From NCBI GenBank assembly GCA_964016885.1, contig OZ024743.1, positions 178,002,001 through 178,066,000 of the forward strand: DNA of 64,000 nt, read 5' to 3'. Source of the DNA: Eledone cirrhosa. Its lineage: Eukaryota. Made by a program: the position numbers and the translations under genes. Positions 57,406-64,000 of the stretch are shown in pieces; position 1 is the stretch's first letter, and each line of letters opens with the position of its first letter. The notes under the pieces were generated by a model. That model saw nothing but the letters and a program-made list of their open reading frames with translations. It was not told the origin of the DNA and did not search any database.

Positions 57406-57408
<3 letters not shown>
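56020..57408. mobile_element. Fold-back element (arms 56020-56444 and 56893-57318) with hammerheads at 56055-56123 (-) and 57213-57281 (+); 60-bp x3 tandem in the spacer
   Basis: gttttat-CTGATGA-AAAC ACAAATAT..ATATTTGT TTTT-GAAA-TGCGCA-TA-ataaaat; palindromic stem III ATGCGCAT. Confidence 0.85.
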
Positions 57409-57454
<46 letters not shown>

Positions 57455-57699
57455 TGGTTGTCTGCTCAATACAAACTTGAACACTTCAGTGTAAATGATG
57501 CTCAATTCTGACATGAGATCGTATATGGCTTTTAAGACCAGACATATTTTTAAAAGGTGTCCACATAAATTAAATATTAGTTTAGTAGCAGCTTGAATTG
57601 CCTGTGATTCCTGATCTTGAACATTGAAATGACTCATTAAACCTCATTGAGACTAGCAGATCTTGTGATTTATGTGGCATTGATAAGTTTGACCAACAG

Positions 57700-58300
57700 A
57701 TATGTTCTATATTTAGTCAGATGTGCCTTATTGTGTGCTCTTATCCAAGAATGAAGTTCAGCCTCTGACAGGCAGTTTTTGTTACAAACGACACAAGTAG
57801 GGAAAGTTCCATTAATTTCATATCCCTTTACTGGCTTTTTATTTTCTTTCCTTGTTTTCCACTTAATGTTTACTTGCATTTGCATATTTTGATCAAAGGT
57901 TTTCACACCATCCCATATTTTCGAAGTCCAAGTAGAGCGATCCGTTGCGAGACTTTCCGGAGAAGAGGGTTATCAATTCGTACATTCTTTAAGTCCTCCT
58001 TCAATGAATTATTGACCCTTTTCTTTGGCTTACACTATTTCCTTTTTCCCTGAACAAGTTCTCCATAAAACAGTTACTTAGGAGTAGGTTCATCAACCAC
58101 GCAGACAATATGTCCAGACCACCACTGTTGGTATTTCAAAACAAATACCAGATGCAGCTAGAATATCAGAGCCAGGAGTGAATGAAATTCATTTTATTTT
58201 CAGAATACGCCGTAAGCATTTTTTTATGGAATCGTTTCGGGAGTCTGAGTGGATAATTGTAACACGTCCAAGTTCCAGACAGGATAGCATAAAGGATTTT
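57700..58300 (-). mobile_element. RTE-clade LINE C-terminal fragment
   Basis: CLRRILKI..W.GH......PK.LFYGEL..GKR....PKKR....LK.DLK; A.DRS.W; C..C.K.C.S...L.S..R.H. Confidence 0.75.
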
Positions 58301-58680
58301 TCATTCATTGTTGATACCTCTTTGTATCCAGACCCAACATTTTAGTGTTGTTGAATACTTAGAGATATTTCTGAATCCCTAGTTATATGTAGGATTTAAT
58401 AACCTAAAGAAGATTACCTTTCACATACAATTAAGGTTGTTGCACAACTTGACCATATGCAGGCAGGTTGACATAAGACCAGATACAGGTAGGTTCACAA
58501 AACACCAGATGCACGAACGTTGACACAAGTCCAGATGCAGATTGACACCAAACTACTGTTGTCTTTAAATTTTAGTCAGATAAAAGATATCACGTGCGGG
58601 ATACAAAATACAAATCAACTTCGCGATATTGTAACTCTGAGTTGGTCGTGTTTATCTTGAACTACAGACACACACACACA

Positions 58681-59796
<1,116 letters not shown>

Positions 59797-61202
59797 TATA
59801 TATATATATCCTAAACGGACGGTAGTCCGTTTAGTAATATTGTTGTGGTCGTGTTTTCGTTGGCAATCGTCTGTTTACGACAGTACAGCGCGGCTCTACT
59901 TTATTTAACTGAGATAAAACTTATATGAGCATGAACAGTAGATCATTACGCATCTTTTGGCTTAAAAATCTAGAAATTTGGTCCAGCGGGAAAACGTTTA
60001 TAATCAAAGTTTGCTGATAAATCTTGTGTTCAAGTGAGTGAGTAGTAAGCGTGACGCTAGGGGAGGTAATCCAGAAATGACGAATTTTTTTCGGCGGAAC
60101 TCTTGTGATTGTGATTACGTTAGTCAAATGTAGTCAAATCGCCGAATCCCCTCCTCCTAATTGACTACGTCATTTCTGAACGGCCCTACTTGCGTCAGTG
60201 TGAAACATTACTTCACTTTTCACTGCTAAAATGCTTTTTAAATACTTCGTTAAAAATTTATGTTTATTATCAAAGCTATTTTTTGTACCAATCTATCAAT
60301 AGTTTGCGAAAATATAGGTAAACATGTGAGTTAAATTTTTTTTAATCGCATCGATCGCTTTGTCGCACCGACTGTGACACTGTCTGACTGTCTGTCTGAC
60401 TGACACCTTTGTCGGACCGACACCTTTGTTCAAGCGGACAACTTTGTGTCACTGACACCTTTGTTCGTGCCGGCATCTCTGCGAAAGACCGATGACAACA
60501 ACCAGACCAAAATTTCACTTCATTCTTCATTCTTCTTCAAGACCGATCGCCGACCGATCGTATCGGTTGCTCTTCATATACCAGGTATTCAACAGATAGT
60601 TTGCACTTCTAGTATTATTAACAGTCGTGCGATTTTTTTAGGGGATGCTTAGGAGCCATCCAGATATCATGTGACCATTTTTGGTTCGCGGTGTCCACAT
60701 GATATCTGGATGGCCTTTTATACTAATTAGTCATTTATCTGCATAAAAATTATACCAGATCATTCTGATTATTGGCTTGAAATCTTTTACAAAATTAGTA
60801 TGAGCAACTAAGAGGTCATCAATAGAAATAGAATTACTTTTTGAAGTTTTCATGCACAGCATTTTTGGGGATTTTAAATAAAAGTTAATATCATAATTCT
60901 TATTTTGTATACCCACATTGCAGATACAGAGAAACATGACAGTCCTATATAAAGGTCGTAGACAGCAGTATCAGTTTTTATCCGTAACACCATTGAAATG
61001 CACAAGTTTCACCAATTCACTATTATGCACTAATCATCTCAAATGTATTCATGATTTACTAGCTTGGTCATTAAGCCAGTTGCCTCAACTAGATTGCAAT
61101 TATACTCAAAAGAACTTTAAAATGTCAATCACTTGTCAGTAATTCACTATGATCATTTAATTATTAGATAGTTGTTGCTTGCATTGCCTTAAAAAATAGT
61201 AG

Positions 61203-62189
61203 ACCAGATAGAAAAATGCGTACAGCAAAAAAAAGTAATATTGTTGGAATATAAACCTTTAAAAATACAGGACAAGAAACTAAAATAAAACTTTAAAAGA
61301 ATAGGACAAGAAACTAAGATAAAACTTTAAAGAATTGGACAAGAAATAAAAAATTTTACAATAATATTAGTGGCAAATTTTTTTATTCGTTTCCTGTGCT
61401 ATGCCCCAGTATCTTCTTGATTAGTGCATAATAATTGTCATGCTCTCATTGTGCGTTGCCCCTGAGCGGTTGGTTGGCTGAGCAGTTCTGCTCCGTCAGA
61501 ATGACCAGTGCAAGAAGAATTGGCTGATGCAGCTGCAGGTCTCCTCCAAGAATGCACTTCTGGTCCCGCAACACCAGACGAAGATGGAGAAGACAACCGG
61601 GACAAGATGTCGACTCTGACCACCGACTACGGCACCTCCCTCAACCACCGTTCCTCCCTCCCTCTGTCCCGTCATCCCTCCAGTCCTCCTGCTCCGCCTT
61701 CCTGTACCAGAAAGCTGTGGCACGCATTCATCTGGACTGCCGGACTTGAACTCAAGGACAAGATGCCAGGAGAAGATGGACGGGTTGGTCAAGATCAAGG
61801 ATGAGCGGGACGACAAGACCGTCCTCTGCTGCTCAAGATCTGTGCTCATGGGCCCATGGGTCCATTCACATTATGCATGACACATGAGGCGTGTCGCCGA
61901 ATGATGAAATAGGGGTATGGTTATGGCCCAATTGGTGTTCAAACCAGGATCAAATGATCCCCCCGGTCTGACGATGACCTTTGAATGTGGAACTCGATTT
62001 TTTACCAATAAAAATTTGCCACTAATATTATTGTAAAATTTTTTATTTCTTGTCCAATTCTTTAAAGTTTTATCTTAGTTTCTTGTCCTATTCTTTTAAA
62101 GTTTTATTTTAGTTTCTTGTCCTGTATTTTTAAAGGTTTATATTCCAACAATATTACTTTTTTTTGCTGTACGCATTTTTCTATCTGGT
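61203..62189. mobile_element. TIR/foldback element: about 185-bp TIRs with internal subrepeats and a GC-rich core of about 620 bp
   Basis: 61203-61387 is the reverse complement of 62006-62189; ggacaagaaa..ataaaactttaaa occurs three times in each arm. Confidence 0.8.
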
Positions 62190-62252
62190 ATATATATAGT
62201 TATAATAATAAAAAAAATGTGAAGACTAAAATCCGAAGAGGGCTCGACAAGG

Positions 62253-62299
<47 letters not shown>

Positions 62300-62312
62300 C
62301 CATTGAGCAAAT

Positions 62313-62446
62313 ATTTATTAAAATAACAGATAAAAGTTTAAGCAAAGAATAGCTGCTTTCACCCTTAACGGGATCTTCAGAAGATCTCATTAAGGGTGAA
62401 AGCAGCTATTCTTTGCTCAAACTTTAATCTGCTATTTTAATAAATA
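62313..62446. mobile_element. Small fold-back with its axis on the hammerhead CUGA core
   Basis: Minus strand: CTGAAGA-T CCC gttaa GGG T-GAAA-GCAGC-TA-ttct (62346-62380); axis at gatcttc-a-gaagatc. Confidence 0.7.
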
Positions 62447-62494
62447 TATATATATATGTGTATATATATAAATATATATAAATATATAAGTATG

Positions 62495-62643
62495 TATGTA
62501 TACGTACATACATATATGTATACAGACGTGCACACATATATATATATGTACGTATGGGTTTACCGAACATTTATCTAATGTTCGGTTTGTTTGTTTATAA
62601 ACAAATAAACAGCCCGAATTACGCCGTACAGTGTTCGGGCAGT
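62495..62643 (-). repeat. Diverged partial copy of the 474-bp retrozyme unit
   Basis: tgtatacgtacatacatatatgtatacagacgt..ttgt..gttt.taaacaaa.t.aacagcc.gaatt..gcc.tac.gtgtt..ggca aligns with 42468-42669. Confidence 0.7.
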
Positions 62644-62660
62644 GGTGGTGCTGGTGGTGT

Positions 62661-62743
<83 letters not shown>

Positions 62744-64000
62744 TGGGGGGGGGTGCAACTGATATCGATACAACAGCCACAAGTCTGTCTACATCAGCAC
62801 ATAAGACCACCTCAACTAGTAAACTTATTTAACACTAACACAAATTATTATTTTACATATTAGAATTGTATTTAACATCTGAGTAATAGGAAATTATTTC
62901 CTTCATTGAGATATTGTTACATGCAATAAACCAATAAACATAACATTGAAAGAAAGCATTTACTAGTAAATATATCTGATGCAGAACTTTACATCTTAAA
63001 ATATGTTCTCTTCCGTTCAACAGGATAGAAACAGACCTGGATGGAGTCCAAATTCTGTTTGAAATTACAAATATTACAGATATAGGAATCTCCTCCTCCT
63101 CCGCCTCCTCCGCCTCCTCCTTCTTCCTTTTTTTCTCTCTTCGTCTTCTTCTACTTATTCCTGACCGTGCCGTTGGGGCTGAGACCTCAGGCACTCCTTC
63201 CATTCCAGAATGTCATGTAAGAAACAACTGTCTCCAAATTATCCGACCGAATCATCAATTGAATTCACATGGATATCATTCAACCATCCTGTTTGTGGTC
63301 TACCTCGGGTTTTCTGTCGGTTAACCGTGTCTGTAAACTGTCCGGTGATTCTTTCCTTTTACATTCTAACCATATGACAGTAGTATCTGAGCTATGATCT
63401 ACTGATGAGGAGGAGAAATAGTGGTTCTAGCTGGAGCGATAACATAGTTATATATACATGATATGGTGTGCTAGATGCAACAAGTCATAGCACAAACTAT
63501 GAGAAAAGCCTCCAAGACAGCCTCCACTACATCGTAATGAGGGTTCTTAATAAATCTGGATGTTGTAAGGCTCCGATCAATTTCAGCGGTGTGAACCATA
63601 CTGAGCTATTCTAAATGTAGGAAGTTCCAGTGGTTGGATCAATTCTTTGTACTACAGCGTCTACGCAGTTCCCTAGTTAAACGCTGCAGCTACCAGATCC
63701 TCTTTTGTGGTGAGGCAACTCCATATCGACCAGCGTTTGTCGCTGAACCGACCTCCACCTGGATTGAAACAGTGTCGCGTTTGTAAGCAGGTGCATACTG
63801 AAATAAGCTGAGAGGAAGTCACCTCTGAAAAATCGTATGAGTGATGTACATGCGCACACACACAAATATATACATATCTATAAAGGAAAGCTTCAAATGA
63901 CATAAGACCAGACGACTGAGAGTTGAAACAGAATCTCCGAGTAGAGATTAAGATTTGAATGAATATTATTCCATACTACCTTACACTAATAGAGCTGCAT

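Overview
Eukaryotic, AT-rich, gene-poor DNA packed with microsatellites and transposon relics. The SINE content and (TA)n density suggest a cephalopod such as Octopus, but that is inference. No intact host gene could be supported, and almost all ORFs in the track are microsatellite translations. Recognisable elements are a near full-length but disrupted L1/Tx1-like LINE (about 27.98-33.6 kb, minus), three Penelope-like element (PLE) relics, CR1/L2, RTE and R4/Dong-type LINE ends, a deleted mariner, a Tc1/maT fragment, a hAT-like MITE and tRNA-derived SINEs. The main structure the ORF track does not explain is a hammerhead ribozyme (HHR) retroelement system that sits in (TA)n tracts. (i) A 474-bp tandem array at 42393-45288 has a complete minimal type I HHR in each unit and an inverted end, matching a retrozyme / circular-RNA-derived insertion. 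(ii) About 20 further HHR or HHR-like motifs lie in several unrelated short families, including U3-A8 core variants and forms with a long stem II. (iii) Most of these families form fold-back palindromes, several with the axis on the ribozyme itself. (iv) A shared RCTC...GAGY hairpin lies just beyond the end of the short inverted arm, which suggests a common reverse-transcription initiation signal used by PLE machinery. All folds were read by eye, and no activity or database match has been verified.
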